Positions 19,301-27,453 are shown, numbered from the stretch's first letter. The stretch is DNA of 64,000 nt from Acidimicrobiia bacterium (GCA_044867425.1 JBIOUX010000039.1:15383-79382); one strand, 5' to 3'. The notes: generated by a model not told the origin, from the letters alone. A program made the numbers and translations.

Positions 19301-19389
19301 CCGGTGCTTGCCAGGCTGTATTAGGGCTACCTAAGCTTACGTCTTAGGATTCTCTAATCTCCCGGACGGGCGACGGCAGCGGAGGATGG

Positions 19390-19956
19390 ATGTTCACCCA
19401 GGCGGCTTTCGACTCCATGCGGATGGCGGCGACACTGGCGCTGGCCGTGCCCAGCCTCGGGGCACGCGTCTCGTTTCCCCGCGGGCCGGAGGTGGAGGTG
19501 AGCTGGGTCCCTCGCCCGCTCCCGACCGGCGTGCGCCACATGGCGCCGTGCCTCTTCCGCCGGTTCGTCGCCTGCGCCCACCATCGCCGGGCCGCCGGCC
19601 ACACGGTGAGGCTGTGGGGCCAACCCCCGGGTGTCGACCCGACCGTGCACATGCTGATCGCCCCGGGCGACCGCAAGCTCCCATCCGGCATCTACCAGGT
19701 CCAGGTCGACGGAGGCTGGCGGATGGTGTTCCCCTGCCTGCTCTCCGCCCCCGACTGCGCCGAGACACTGGCCGGAGGCTGGCCCGAGCTCACCTTCCAC
19801 GCCGACCCCCTGACCGGGGTCACCCTGGTGGCGTGCCGGCGGCCCTTCGGCGAGGGTCCGGCGGTGGGCCGGGACGTCGAGCGGCTGGTCGACGCCCGGG
19901 CCCGCCTGCTGGTGGCCGAGCTGCTCGACGGGCTGGCGCCGGCGGCCCGGTCCTGA
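19390..19956 (+). CDS. Hypothetical protein
   Basis: ATG start and a GC3-rich frame with ordinary amino-acid composition. I recognise no family. Confidence 0.5.
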   Translation: MFTQAAFDSMRMAATLALAVPSLGARVSFPRGPEVEVSWVPRPLPTGVRHMAPCLFRRFVACAHHRRAAGHTVRLWGQPPGVDPTVHMLIAPGDRKLPSGIYQVQVDGGWRMVFPCLLSAPDCAETLAGGWPELTFHADPLTGVTLVACRRPFGEGPAVGRDVERLVDARARLLVAELLDGLAPAARS

Positions 19957-20015
19957 GCCGGCGTCAGGTGGGGCACCGCGGGTGATCGACGACGCCTCTG
20001 GGTAGGCCAGGGCCT

Positions 20016-20927
20016 GTGAATGCCTTCGTCCTCTCCGGCGGCGTGAACCTGGGCAGTGTCCAGGTGGGGATGCTCAAGGCATTGTTGGAGAAGGGGATCA
20101 CTCCCGACGTGCTCGTGGGCACGTCCATCGGCTCGGCCAATGCCGCCTTCCTGGCCGCCGATCCGTCGCTGGACCGGGTCGAAGAGCTCTGCGAGCTCTG
20201 GCGGACGGCCCGCTCCCGGGATGCGTTCAACTGGAACCCGCTGCGGATGCTGCACGCCGTCCTGCGCCGGGGCTCGCTGTTTCCGCCCGAGGCCTGGCGG
20301 CGCTACCTCACCGAGCGCATCCCACTCGAGCGCATCGAGGACGCGGCCGTGCCGCTGCGCATCATGGTCACCGACTTCGAGGACGGCTCCCCCGTCATCC
20401 TCGAATCCGGCCCCGTCATCGATGCCGTGATGGCCAGCACCTGCCTGCCCGGCATCTTCCCGCCCCAGAGGGTCGGCGATCGTCTCTATCTCGACGGCGT
20501 CCTGGCCGAACAGGTGCCGCTCAAGCCGGCGATCGACGCCGGCGCCGACACCGTCTACGTGCTGGCCCCCAGCCACGCCTCGCCGTCACCCGACGTGCGC
20601 TCACCGGGCCAGATCCTGCGCCACGCCCTCACCATCCTGCTGTTCCCGCGCATCCGCCTCGACGCCCTCGAGCTGCCGGAGCGCCACCCGGACCTGCGGA
20701 TCGTGCAGGTCCCCTCGGCCGGCGCCCAGGTCGCCCTGTGGGACATGTCCCAACACGAGCAGCTGATCGAGGATGCCTACCGGGAGACGATGGACTTCCT
20801 GGCCGAGCGCGACGGGTCCGGCGACGACCGGGGCGCCGAGACGGCGACCGTCCCGGAGATGACCATCGAGGTCGATGTGCGCGACCGACCGGTGGCGCAG
20901 ACCCGCTCCGCCGGCAAGAACGCGTGA
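20016..20927 (+). CDS. Patatin-like phospholipase
   Basis: Oxyanion motif LSGGVNLGSVQVG, nucleophile elbow GTSIGSANAA (G-x-S-x-G), catalytic Asp motif YLDGV. Confidence 0.88.
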   Translation: MNAFVLSGGVNLGSVQVGMLKALLEKGITPDVLVGTSIGSANAAFLAADPSLDRVEELCELWRTARSRDAFNWNPLRMLHAVLRRGSLFPPEAWRRYLTERIPLERIEDAAVPLRIMVTDFEDGSPVILESGPVIDAVMASTCLPGIFPPQRVGDRLYLDGVLAEQVPLKPAIDAGADTVYVLAPSHASPSPDVRSPGQILRHALTILLFPRIRLDALELPERHPDLRIVQVPSAGAQVALWDMSQHEQLIEDAYRETMDFLAERDGSGDDRGAETATVPEMTIEVDVRDRPVAQTRSAGKNA

Positions 20928-20934
20928 CCGGTTT

Positions 20935-21744
20935 CTAGGCGGCGTAGACCAGCGGCACGGCTGCCTCGGGGGTGAGCACCCGGAAGCCGATGCTCTCCTC
21001 GATGTAGAGCTGAACCGAGCTGCCGTTGGCGGTGGCGTAGCCGACGGCCAGGTCCTGGCCGCAGCTGAGCGAGAAGTCCTCGCCGCGCAGGCTCAGCACC
21101 ACCGCCCCGTCGACCGCCGGGCCCCAGACCACGGGGCCGCCGAGGATGAGGTGGATGTGCTCCAGGACCGGGTAGCCCCCGTACTCGGTCGACTCGATCA
21201 CCCCCGTGTAGCACCGGGGCCCGAGCACGGCGGCGTAGGGGCCGTCGATGCCGGCGCTGCGCAGGATGTCCACCGCCTGGGCCACGGTGCCGGGGTACTT
21301 GGCGTAGTCGTCGCTGATCTCCAGCCGGCGGTGGGGCGACAGGTCGGACATGCCCATGGTCCCTCCGGCCTTGAAGCCGTGGAACACCATCCGGTCCTCG
21401 GCCAATGCGGCCCGGCGGGCACCTTCCACCACCGCCGAGAGGTCGGCGTCGGCCCGGCCCCGTTCGATGTCGTCGAGGTCGGCTCGGGCCAGGGGGAAGG
21501 GGGTGCGCAGCTCGACCAACGGCTGGACGGACCGCACACCGGCGTCCACCCCGTCGACCGGCCCGTCGATGCGCTCGACCCGGCCGACGATGTCGGCCGA
21601 GTGCGCCCAGCCGTGGGGGCCGGAGAAGTCGACCACCTTGCGGGCGGCCAGGAAGTGGCGCAGGGAGCGGGAGGCCTCGGCGTCGATGGCCTTCCAGGCG
21701 TCGTCGGAGATGGGGGCCAGCTCACGGCGCAGGTGGTTCATCAC
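20935..21744 (-). CDS. Family 1 encapsulin nanocompartment shell protein (linocin M18-like)
   Basis: MNHLRRELAPISDDAWKAIDAEASRSLRHFLAARKVVDFSGPHGW... is the canonical encapsulin N-terminus. 269 aa. ATGA overlap with the upstream cargo gene. Confidence 0.92.
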   Translation of the reverse strand: MMNHLRRELAPISDDAWKAIDAEASRSLRHFLAARKVVDFSGPHGWAHSADIVGRVERIDGPVDGVDAGVRSVQPLVELRTPFPLARADLDDIERGRADADLSAVVEGARRAALAEDRMVFHGFKAGGTMGMSDLSPHRRLEISDDYAKYPGTVAQAVDILRSAGIDGPYAAVLGPRCYTGVIESTEYGGYPVLEHIHLILGGPVVWGPAVDGAVVLSLRGEDFSLSCGQDLAVGYATANGSSVQLYIEESIGFRVLTPEAAVPLVYAA

Positions 21745-22127
21745 ATCCTCCCTTTCTGAAGGCTGCCCAGCCCGAGCGAGGGTGCGGCGGCGGCCAGGCC
21801 CGGCTCGCCCTCGCCGTTTCCCTCGTGGGCCGCCTCGCGCTCGACGATCGGCCCGGTGGTGAACAGGTACATCCGCAGGAACCGGTCGAGCGCCGGGTCA
21901 CGCCGGCGGAGCCACTCCAGCGCCATGGAGGCGTGCTCTTTCTCCTCGTCCCGGTTGTGCTCGAGGATCCCCCGCAGCTCCGGGTCCTGGGTGGCGTCGA
22001 TGCGCTGGTCGTACCAGTCGACCGCCTCCAGCTCCTCCATCAGGGAAATGATCGCCCGGTGACGTTCGATCGTCTCCGGGCGCAGGCTCCCGGTCGCCTC
22101 GTGCAATCCCGCGCTGCTGTCTGCCAT
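21741..22127 (-). CDS. Encapsulated ferritin (EncFtn) cargo protein with a C-terminal targeting peptide
   Basis: Ferritin-like core ...SLMEELEAVDWYDQRIDA..DPELRGILEHNRDEEKEHASMALEWLRRRDP. The C-terminus SLGLGSLQKG resembles the encapsulin cargo-loading peptide. Confidence 0.88.
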   Translation of the reverse strand: MADSSAGLHEATGSLRPETIERHRAIISLMEELEAVDWYDQRIDATQDPELRGILEHNRDEEKEHASMALEWLRRRDPALDRFLRMYLFTTGPIVEREAAHEGNGEGEPGLAAAAPSLGLGSLQKGRM

Positions 22128-22169
22128 GCTCCGCTCCTCGGTGCGTCGGCCCGCTCAGTCCCGGCAATC

Positions 22170-22227
22170 ACCTACCCGCCGGGGGTTGCCGGGAACCGAC
22201 TTACCCGCCAGTTGTTGCCAGGAACCG
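22170..22227. repeat. Tandem 2 x 29-bp direct repeat in a divergent promoter region
   Basis: ACCTACCCGCCGGGGGTTGCCGGGAACCG (22170-22198) is directly followed by ACTTACCCGCCAGTTGTTGCCAGGAACCG (22199-22227); 24/29 identical. Confidence 0.8.
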
Positions 22228-22265
22228 CCGAAGCACGTTTCGCCGCCCCGGGCCAGACTGGACGG

Positions 22266-23102
22266 GTGACCGCCACCCCCATCGACGGCCGCGCCGCCCG
22301 CCGGGCGCTGGAGGCGGCCGCCGGCCGGAGCGCCGGCCTGCTGCGGACGGCGGGCCACGGCGGCAGCCGGGTCCGGGCGTCGGAATGGACGGTGGCCGAG
22401 CTCGGCGTCCACCTCGTCATGGGCCTCCGGGCCTACCGCGGCCTCCTGGAGGGCCGGACCGACCTGGTGCCCTCCGGGTTTCCCGAGGCATCGATCTTCC
22501 CCGAGCGGATCAAAGCGGTGACGGCCGCCATGCTCGACACGGAACCGGAGAGGGACCCGGGCGTGCTGGCCGGCCTCGTTCAGGCCGAAGCGGCGGCGTT
22601 CCTCGCTGTGGCCGCCGAGCACGCGGGTGAGGACGGCATCCCCACGCCGTTCTACGGGGAGGGGTCGACCCTCAGCGTGGCGGCCGTGACCTGTCTCCTC
22701 CTCGGCGAGCAGCTGATGCACGGCTGGGACCTGGCCCGGACGCTGCGCCGGCCATGGCCCATCAGCGCCGCCGATGCCCATCTGATGGCCGGCGCCTACC
22801 CCTCCATGCTGCCCCTGGCCATCGATCCGCAGGCGGCCGCCGGCGTCGACCTGGCCTGCGAGATCCGCCTCCGGGGCGGAGGAGCCCGGATCGTGGTCCG
22901 GGTCCGGGACGGGCGAGTCGAGGTCGCTGCGCCGGGGGCGGGCCCGGTGGACTGCCACCTCTCGGCCGACCCGGTCGCCTTCGCCCTGGTGGCCTACGGC
23001 CGTCTCAGCCAGTGGCACGCCATCGGCCGGGGCCAGCTCCTGGCCTGGGGGCGCCGGCCGTGGACGGCGCTGCGCTTCCGCAGCCTGTTCTTCAATCCCT
23101 AG
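22266..23102 (+). CDS. Maleylpyruvate-isomerase-family mycothiol-dependent enzyme-like protein (DinB N-domain plus C-terminal SCP-like domain)
   Basis: SEWTVAELGVHLV....Y.....G and GEQLMHGWDLAR motifs. GTG 22266 is the first plausible start; the upstream part of the 565-aa ORF is Arg/Pro/Gly junk antisense to the encapsulin operon. Confidence 0.7.
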   Translation: MTATPIDGRAARRALEAAAGRSAGLLRTAGHGGSRVRASEWTVAELGVHLVMGLRAYRGLLEGRTDLVPSGFPEASIFPERIKAVTAAMLDTEPERDPGVLAGLVQAEAAAFLAVAAEHAGEDGIPTPFYGEGSTLSVAAVTCLLLGEQLMHGWDLARTLRRPWPISAADAHLMAGAYPSMLPLAIDPQAAAGVDLACEIRLRGGGARIVVRVRDGRVEVAAPGAGPVDCHLSADPVAFALVAYGRLSQWHAIGRGQLLAWGRRPWTALRFRSLFFNP

Positions 23103-23458
23103 GGCTTGCCTTCCTCCTCCACCAGGCGGCCCAGGCGCTTCGGCGCCACCAACGTGTAAGAGGTGCGGATCCACTCCTCGATCTCCCGCCAACGCTCGGC
23201 GCCGGCGCCCTCGGGGACATGGAAGGCGATCCAGCCGTGGCGGCCCAGGCCGTAGCCGGCGGGATGGACGTCGGCGTCGGTGGCCACCACCGCCTCCGCC
23301 TCCTCCTTGGTGAGCTTGACGGAGAGGTCCCGTCCGGCGGCGTCGCAGAAGATGAAGTTCTTGCCCCGCACCCGGAACGTGGGGTGGTCGCCCCACTCGG
23401 CCACGTCGACCCGTTCGGCCTCCGGGAGTCCGGCCACGATCTTCTCGATTCGCGCCAT
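23099..23458 (-). CDS. MmcQ/YjbR-family DNA-binding protein
   Basis: ...WGDHPTFRVRGKNFIF........LSVKL..EEAEA.........PAGYGLGRHGWI matches the YjbR fold family. ATG 23458. Confidence 0.8.
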   Translation of the reverse strand: MARIEKIVAGLPEAERVDVAEWGDHPTFRVRGKNFIFCDAAGRDLSVKLTKEEAEAVVATDADVHPAGYGLGRHGWIAFHVPEGAGAERWREIEEWIRTSYTLVAPKRLGRLVEEEGKP

Positions 23459-23544
23459 GTTCTTCACCACAACCTCCAATTCGGGGTGGCTCGCGCCCTT
23501 TGACCCTCTCCCGCTCGAACGGGGCCTTCCTCACCATCGCCGGC

Positions 23545-24054
23545 ATGGGAATGAACGGTGGCGCCTACAAATTCGTCCTGGTCCTGCACATCCTGTCGGC
23601 CATCGCCGGCTTCGGCGGGGTGCTCCTCAACGGGCTCTACGCCCACCACGCCAAGCAGCGCCGGCGGACGGAGGGCATCGCCATTGTCGAGGCCAACTTC
23701 CACGTCTCGGAGATGGCCAGCAAGTTCATCTACGCCGTCCCCGTCTTCGGGGTGCTGCTGGTGTGGCTGTCCGACGGCGCCTGGTCCTTCTCCCACACCT
23801 GGGTGTGGATGACCATCGTCATCTACGCCGCCGCCATCACCATCTCCCACCAGGTGATGCGGCCCACCATCCAGCGGATCCTGGTCCTGATGCGGGAGAT
23901 GGCCTCGGTGCCCGTGGGTGGCGCCCCTGCCGGGCCGCCGCCCCAACTGGCCGAGCTCCAGGCGCTGGGCCAGAAGGCCGGCGCCACCGGCGCCGTCCTG
24001 CACGTGGCCCTGGTGGCCGTCCTCTTCCTCATGGTCTTCAAGCCCGGCGCCTGA
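23545..24054 (+). CDS. DUF2269-family integral membrane protein
   Basis: Four TM helices beginning YKFVLVLHILSAIAGFGGVLL. Start ambiguous (TTG 23500, ATG 23545, ATG 23551). Confidence 0.7.
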   Translation: MGMNGGAYKFVLVLHILSAIAGFGGVLLNGLYAHHAKQRRRTEGIAIVEANFHVSEMASKFIYAVPVFGVLLVWLSDGAWSFSHTWVWMTIVIYAAAITISHQVMRPTIQRILVLMREMASVPVGGAPAGPPPQLAELQALGQKAGATGAVLHVALVAVLFLMVFKPGA

Positions 24055-24122
24055 GCAGTCCCTGAGGTGTGCGCAGGTTTTGCCGCTGACAGCGGCAAAA
24101 GCGCAAACACCTTGGGCCTCTC

Positions 24123-24578
24123 CTAGCGCCCGAGCCAGCGGTAGATGGTCCAGCCCTCCACGGGCTGGGCGCCGATCGACCGGTAGAAGACGAGGGAGGG
24201 GGCGTTCCAGTCGAGGACGGCCCACTCGACGCGCCCGTCGCCCGCCCGCTCGAAGAGGTGCTCGAGCAGGGCCCGGCCCACGCCGCGGCCGCGGTACTCG
24301 GGACGGACGAAGAGGTCCTCCAGCCAGATGCCAGGGCGGCCCCGGAAGGTGGAGTACGTCGGAAACCAGATCGCCAGCCCGGCCACCACCCCGGGCGGGT
24401 CGTCCAACTCGCCCAGCACCACGCGGGGAACGGCGTCGGGCCCGAACAGGGAACCGGCCAGCTCCTCCTCGGACCACAGCACCTCGTCTTCGAGGTGCTC
24501 GTACTCGGCCAGGGCCCTGATCAGCTCGGCCACCACCTCCAGATCGGCCGGCGTCGCCTCGCGCAGGTGGACCGCCAC
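24123..24578 (-). CDS. GNAT-family N-acetyltransferase (diamine/spermidine acetyltransferase-like)
   Basis: LEDLFVRPEYRGRGVGRALLEHL...VEWAVLDWNAPSLVFYRSIGA. GTG 24578 lies 10 nt after the stop of the upstream HAD gene. Confidence 0.85.
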   Translation of the reverse strand: MAVHLREATPADLEVVAELIRALAEYEHLEDEVLWSEEELAGSLFGPDAVPRVVLGELDDPPGVVAGLAIWFPTYSTFRGRPGIWLEDLFVRPEYRGRGVGRALLEHLFERAGDGRVEWAVLDWNAPSLVFYRSIGAQPVEGWTIYRWLGR

Positions 24579-24588
24579 GGAGTCCTGC

Positions 24589-25287
24589 TCAGCCCGTCGC
24601 GGGCCCGGCCAGGGACCGGAGCGTGGCGACGTCCAGGCGGTCGAAGTTGTCCAGCACGAGGGCGGCACCGGCGAAGTCCTGGCCGGCGGTGTAGTCGTTG
24701 GTCACCACCACGCAGGGCACGCCCGCACCCAGGGCGGCGCCGAGCCCGGGCCGCGAGTCCTCCACCGCCACCGCCTCTGACGGTTCCAGGCGCAGACGCT
24801 CCAGGGCGATCAGGTAGGCGGCCGGGTCCGGCTTGGTCTCCTTGACGTCGTCGCCGCCGACCACCACTTCGAAGCGGTCGAGGCCGAAGTGGCGGTCGAG
24901 GAGCGGCTCCACCCAGGCCAGCGAACCGGTGGTGGCCACGGCCAGGCGCAGCCCGGCGCCCGCCGCCTCATCGAGAAACCGGCGCACTCCGGGTCGAGCG
25001 GGCACCTCGCCGGCGCCGACCAGCTCCAGGAACAGCTCGGTCTTGCGTCGGTGGAGGCGGGGCACGAGATCGGCCCGTTCGGCCTCCGCCACCCCCTGCT
25101 CCTCCAGGTAGGCGTGCAGCCGGGACTGGCCGCCGGTCACGGCCAGGAGCCGCCCGTACTCCTCCACCTCCCAGCGCCACGGCAGGCCGAACTCACGGAA
25201 GGCGGCGTTGAACGCCACCCGGTGCCCGTCCCGCTCGCTGTCCACCAGGGTCCCGTCGACGTCGAGGACGACCGCCTCGAGGCTCAT
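24589..25287 (-). CDS. HAD-IA hydrolase, CbbY-like (candidate xylulose-1,5-bisphosphate phosphatase)
   Basis: AVVLDVDGTLVDSERDGHRVAFNAAFREFGLPWRWEVEEYGRLLAVTGGQSRL...LAVATTGS...KPDP..Y......VAVEDS..G parallels CbbY proteins. ATG 25287 makes an ATGA overlap with the upstream GNAT gene. Confidence 0.75.
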   Translation of the reverse strand: MSLEAVVLDVDGTLVDSERDGHRVAFNAAFREFGLPWRWEVEEYGRLLAVTGGQSRLHAYLEEQGVAEAERADLVPRLHRRKTELFLELVGAGEVPARPGVRRFLDEAAGAGLRLAVATTGSLAWVEPLLDRHFGLDRFEVVVGGDDVKETKPDPAAYLIALERLRLEPSEAVAVEDSRPGLGAALGAGVPCVVVTNDYTAGQDFAGAALVLDNFDRLDVATLRSLAGPATG

Positions 25288-26150
25288 CGGCAATAGCTAA
25301 ACCGGTACTCCTGGGCGCCGGCCACCTGGCGGTAGCCGATCCGCTGGTAGATGGCGTTGGACGTCGGGTTGGCGGTGTCGGTGTAGAGCATGCAGGCCGA
25401 GGCCCCCCGGTCGAGCGCCTGCTGGCTGAGCGCGGCCACACAGCTGCTGGCGTAGCCGCGGCCGCGCCGCTCGAGTGGCGTGTAGACGGGCCCGACCCGC
25501 ACCACCCCCGCCACCGCCGGCACGCAACCGGCCATGCACACCACGGGGCCGTCCTCCCACAGATGGAGCCCGCCGTTGGTCAGCCACCGGTCCACCGCCG
25601 CCGACGTGTCCCCGCCGATGGTGCCCGTCTCGTGCAGGAAGCTGGCGAACCACTCCCGCAGGAGGAGGCGGTCGCCCTCACCGGCAGGCCGGAAGCTCCC
25701 CGGCGCCGGCCGGGGCGCCACCACGGCGTCCAGCCGGTACACCAGCAGCTTGAAGCCCTCCTTCACCTCGGCACCCGTCCGCTCCCCCCACAGCCGGGCG
25801 AAGCGGGTGGCGACGTCCCCGGGGCCCCCCACCCCCGGCAGCTGCGGCTGCCGCTCGGCCAGCACCTCCACCAGGGCGGCCAGGGCGGTGTCGGGCATGG
25901 GCGTGAGGCCGAGCAGGAACGGCGGCGTGTGCATGGCCACCCCGACCACGTTCCGGCATCCCTCGGGAGGGGCACCCGGCTCGCCGCCCTCCTCCACCGC
26001 CAACCAGATGGCCTCGGTGAACCGGGCGGGTTCGGCCTGCGCCCGGGACAGGACGGTGCAGATCACGTTGTGCAGGACGGGTTCGCCCTCCAACCAGGCG
26101 CCGGCCCGGCGGGACAGCTCGGCCGGATCACATTCCACGACGGTGCCCAT
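25284..26150 (-). CDS. GNAT-family N-acetyltransferase (two-domain, ~288 aa)
   Basis: C-terminal VYTPLERRGRGYASSCVAALSQQALDRGASACMLYTDTANPTSNAIYQRIGY. ATG 26150. Confidence 0.8.
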   Translation of the reverse strand: MGTVVECDPAELSRRAGAWLEGEPVLHNVICTVLSRAQAEPARFTEAIWLAVEEGGEPGAPPEGCRNVVGVAMHTPPFLLGLTPMPDTALAALVEVLAERQPQLPGVGGPGDVATRFARLWGERTGAEVKEGFKLLVYRLDAVVAPRPAPGSFRPAGEGDRLLLREWFASFLHETGTIGGDTSAAVDRWLTNGGLHLWEDGPVVCMAGCVPAVAGVVRVGPVYTPLERRGRGYASSCVAALSQQALDRGASACMLYTDTANPTSNAIYQRIGYRQVAGAQEYRFSYCR

Positions 26151-26211
26151 GGCGCCATTGTTCCGGCTCGGGGTCGCACGACGCCTGCCAATTTCCGGGC
26201 CGCCCCGGGGC

Positions 26212-26736
26212 TCACTCCCCGAGCAGTTCGACCACGTCCCGGTAGACCTGCTCCAGCACCTCGCGGGACAGCGGCCTCGCTCCCCCGCCCGTCCGCCGGG
26301 CCAGGCCCCAGTAGCGGAGGTCGGAGAGCACGATGGCCTTGGTCGTCCCCGTCCGGGCGGCCACCGCTTCAGCACTCAGGCGGCGCTCGACGTAGAGGTC
26401 CTCCAGGACCTCCCGGGGGATCCGCTGGCGCCGGGCACGACGGATGTGGTGGCTGCGCAGGTTGCGTTCCACCACGCCCCGGCTCACCCGTAGCTCGCGG
26501 GCCACGGCATCCATGCTCAGGCCCCGCCGGAGGTAGAGGTCCTTGAGGACCTCGGGGTCCACCGCCGTCCGCTGGGGTCCCGAGGCACGGCGGGGGATGC
26601 CCGCCTCGTCCAGGCGACGCCACACCTGACGGGGCGACAGACCGGTCTGCGCCGCCACCTGGCGGATGGTCATGTGCTGGCCGACGTAGAGATCTTCCAG
26701 ATCTGCCGGCGGGGGTTCGACTCCACGGGATGCCAC
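26212..26736 (-). CDS. Protein built from three and a half tandem ~45-aa helix-turn-helix-like repeats
   Basis: The unit (L/V)(E/K)DLY....(L/M)S...VA...G.S...V.R.L...GI.RR repeats (ADLEDLYVGQHMTIRQVAAQTGLSPRQVWRRLDEAGIPRR; VLKDLYLRRGLSMDAVARELRVSRGVVERNLRSHHIRR; VLEDLYVERRLSAEAVAARTGTTKAIVLSDLRYWGLARR; VLEQVYRDV..). GTG 26736 is preceded by GGGAGAAAGG. Confidence 0.6.
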   Translation of the reverse strand: MASRGVEPPPADLEDLYVGQHMTIRQVAAQTGLSPRQVWRRLDEAGIPRRASGPQRTAVDPEVLKDLYLRRGLSMDAVARELRVSRGVVERNLRSHHIRRARRQRIPREVLEDLYVERRLSAEAVAARTGTTKAIVLSDLRYWGLARRTGGGARPLSREVLEQVYRDVVELLGE

Positions 26737-27153
26737 GCGACGCCTTTCTCCCACGTCAAGCTCCCTCGCCAGGACAACGCCGCATCCCGGGCGGTATGAC
26801 GCAAACACCCCGTTCTTCCTTACCGTGGGGCTGGAGACCGTTCACCGCTTCCGGCGATCCGGTCATCGCCAAATCGACGCTTTCTTGCTTAATTCGGCCC
26901 ATGGTATTCAGCTCATATCGGCGCCACAACAGGGCGTCGTGAGCAACGGTTCACTGCAGCGGCAACGGCTCGGTGCCGGGCGACCACTTGAATTCCCACT
27001 CTTGGACAACCTAGATACGCGACAATCTAGAGACCTAGGTTCCAGGTATTAACGAAAGGCTCCGTGGCCCCGCCTCGACCCGGCGCCTGACCGACGCGAA
27101 CATGGAGGTCGGAAGCAGCCGACTGGCGTCAGAAGGCCGGCTGGGCCCTGCTG

Positions 27154-27399
27154 GTGGTGGGCGCCGTACTGGTGATCCTCAGCTACATCGGTGTGAGCGG
27201 AGCCGACATCGAGGTGCTGCAGCTGCCCTACCTGGCCAGCCGCATCGGGGGCCTGGCGGCGGTGGCCGTCGGCTCCGCCCCGCTCGTCGCCGCCGACGTC
27301 CGCCATGACCGGGAGCGGCTGGGGCGGATCGAGGGCGAGCTGCTCGAGCTCCAGGACCTCGTCCGCTCCCTGTCCGGCCCCGCCCGACCCACCCGCTAA
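27154..27399 (+). CDS. Hypothetical small membrane protein (81 aa)
   Basis: GC3-rich frame with an N-terminal TM segment (VGAVLVILSYIGV) and a C-terminal coiled-coil-like ERLGRIEGELLELQDLV. GTG is the only start in frame. A hairpin terminator follows. Confidence 0.35.
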   Translation: MVGAVLVILSYIGVSGADIEVLQLPYLASRIGGLAAVAVGSAPLVAADVRHDRERLGRIEGELLELQDLVRSLSGPARPTR

Positions 27400-27406
27400 C
27401 CCTCAT

Positions 27407-27453
27407 CGCGCGTTAACGAAACCCGGCTCTCAGCCGGTTTTGGCTAACGCGCG
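27407..27453. terminator. Bidirectional hairpin terminator between convergent genes
   Basis: CGCGCGTTAACGAAACCCGGCT-CTC-AGCCGGTTTTGGCTAACGCGCG is a long imperfect inverted repeat. The inner GC stem is followed by TTTTGG on the plus strand and TTTCGTT on the minus strand. Confidence 0.55.

Noticed and set aside
20016-20927. Patatin-like phospholipase as the effector of a CBASS-like or other defence system.
   Set aside because: There is no adjacent CD-NTase, cyclase, sensor or partner gene. The upstream 188-aa hypothetical has no nucleotidyltransferase motifs, and the downstream gene is the convergent encapsulin. It is more likely a housekeeping RssA-type lipase.
22170-22227. Sigma-54 promoter (minus-strand CTGGCAACAACTGGCG) or an IdeR/Fur box within the tandem repeats.
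   Set aside because: The GG-N10-GC spacing and the TTGC element of sigma-54 promoters are not met, and Actinobacteria generally lack sigma-54. There is no resemblance to the IdeR palindrome TTAGGTTAGGCTAACCTAA or to Fur boxes.
27102-27308. ATG-initiated 68-aa ORF (MEVGSSRLASEGRLGPAGGG...) as the gene in this region.
   Set aside because: Its translation is Arg/Gly/Pro-rich, which is off-frame-like. The overlapping +1 frame (27154..27399) has a TM segment, normal composition and GC3 bias, so that frame was reported instead, at low confidence.
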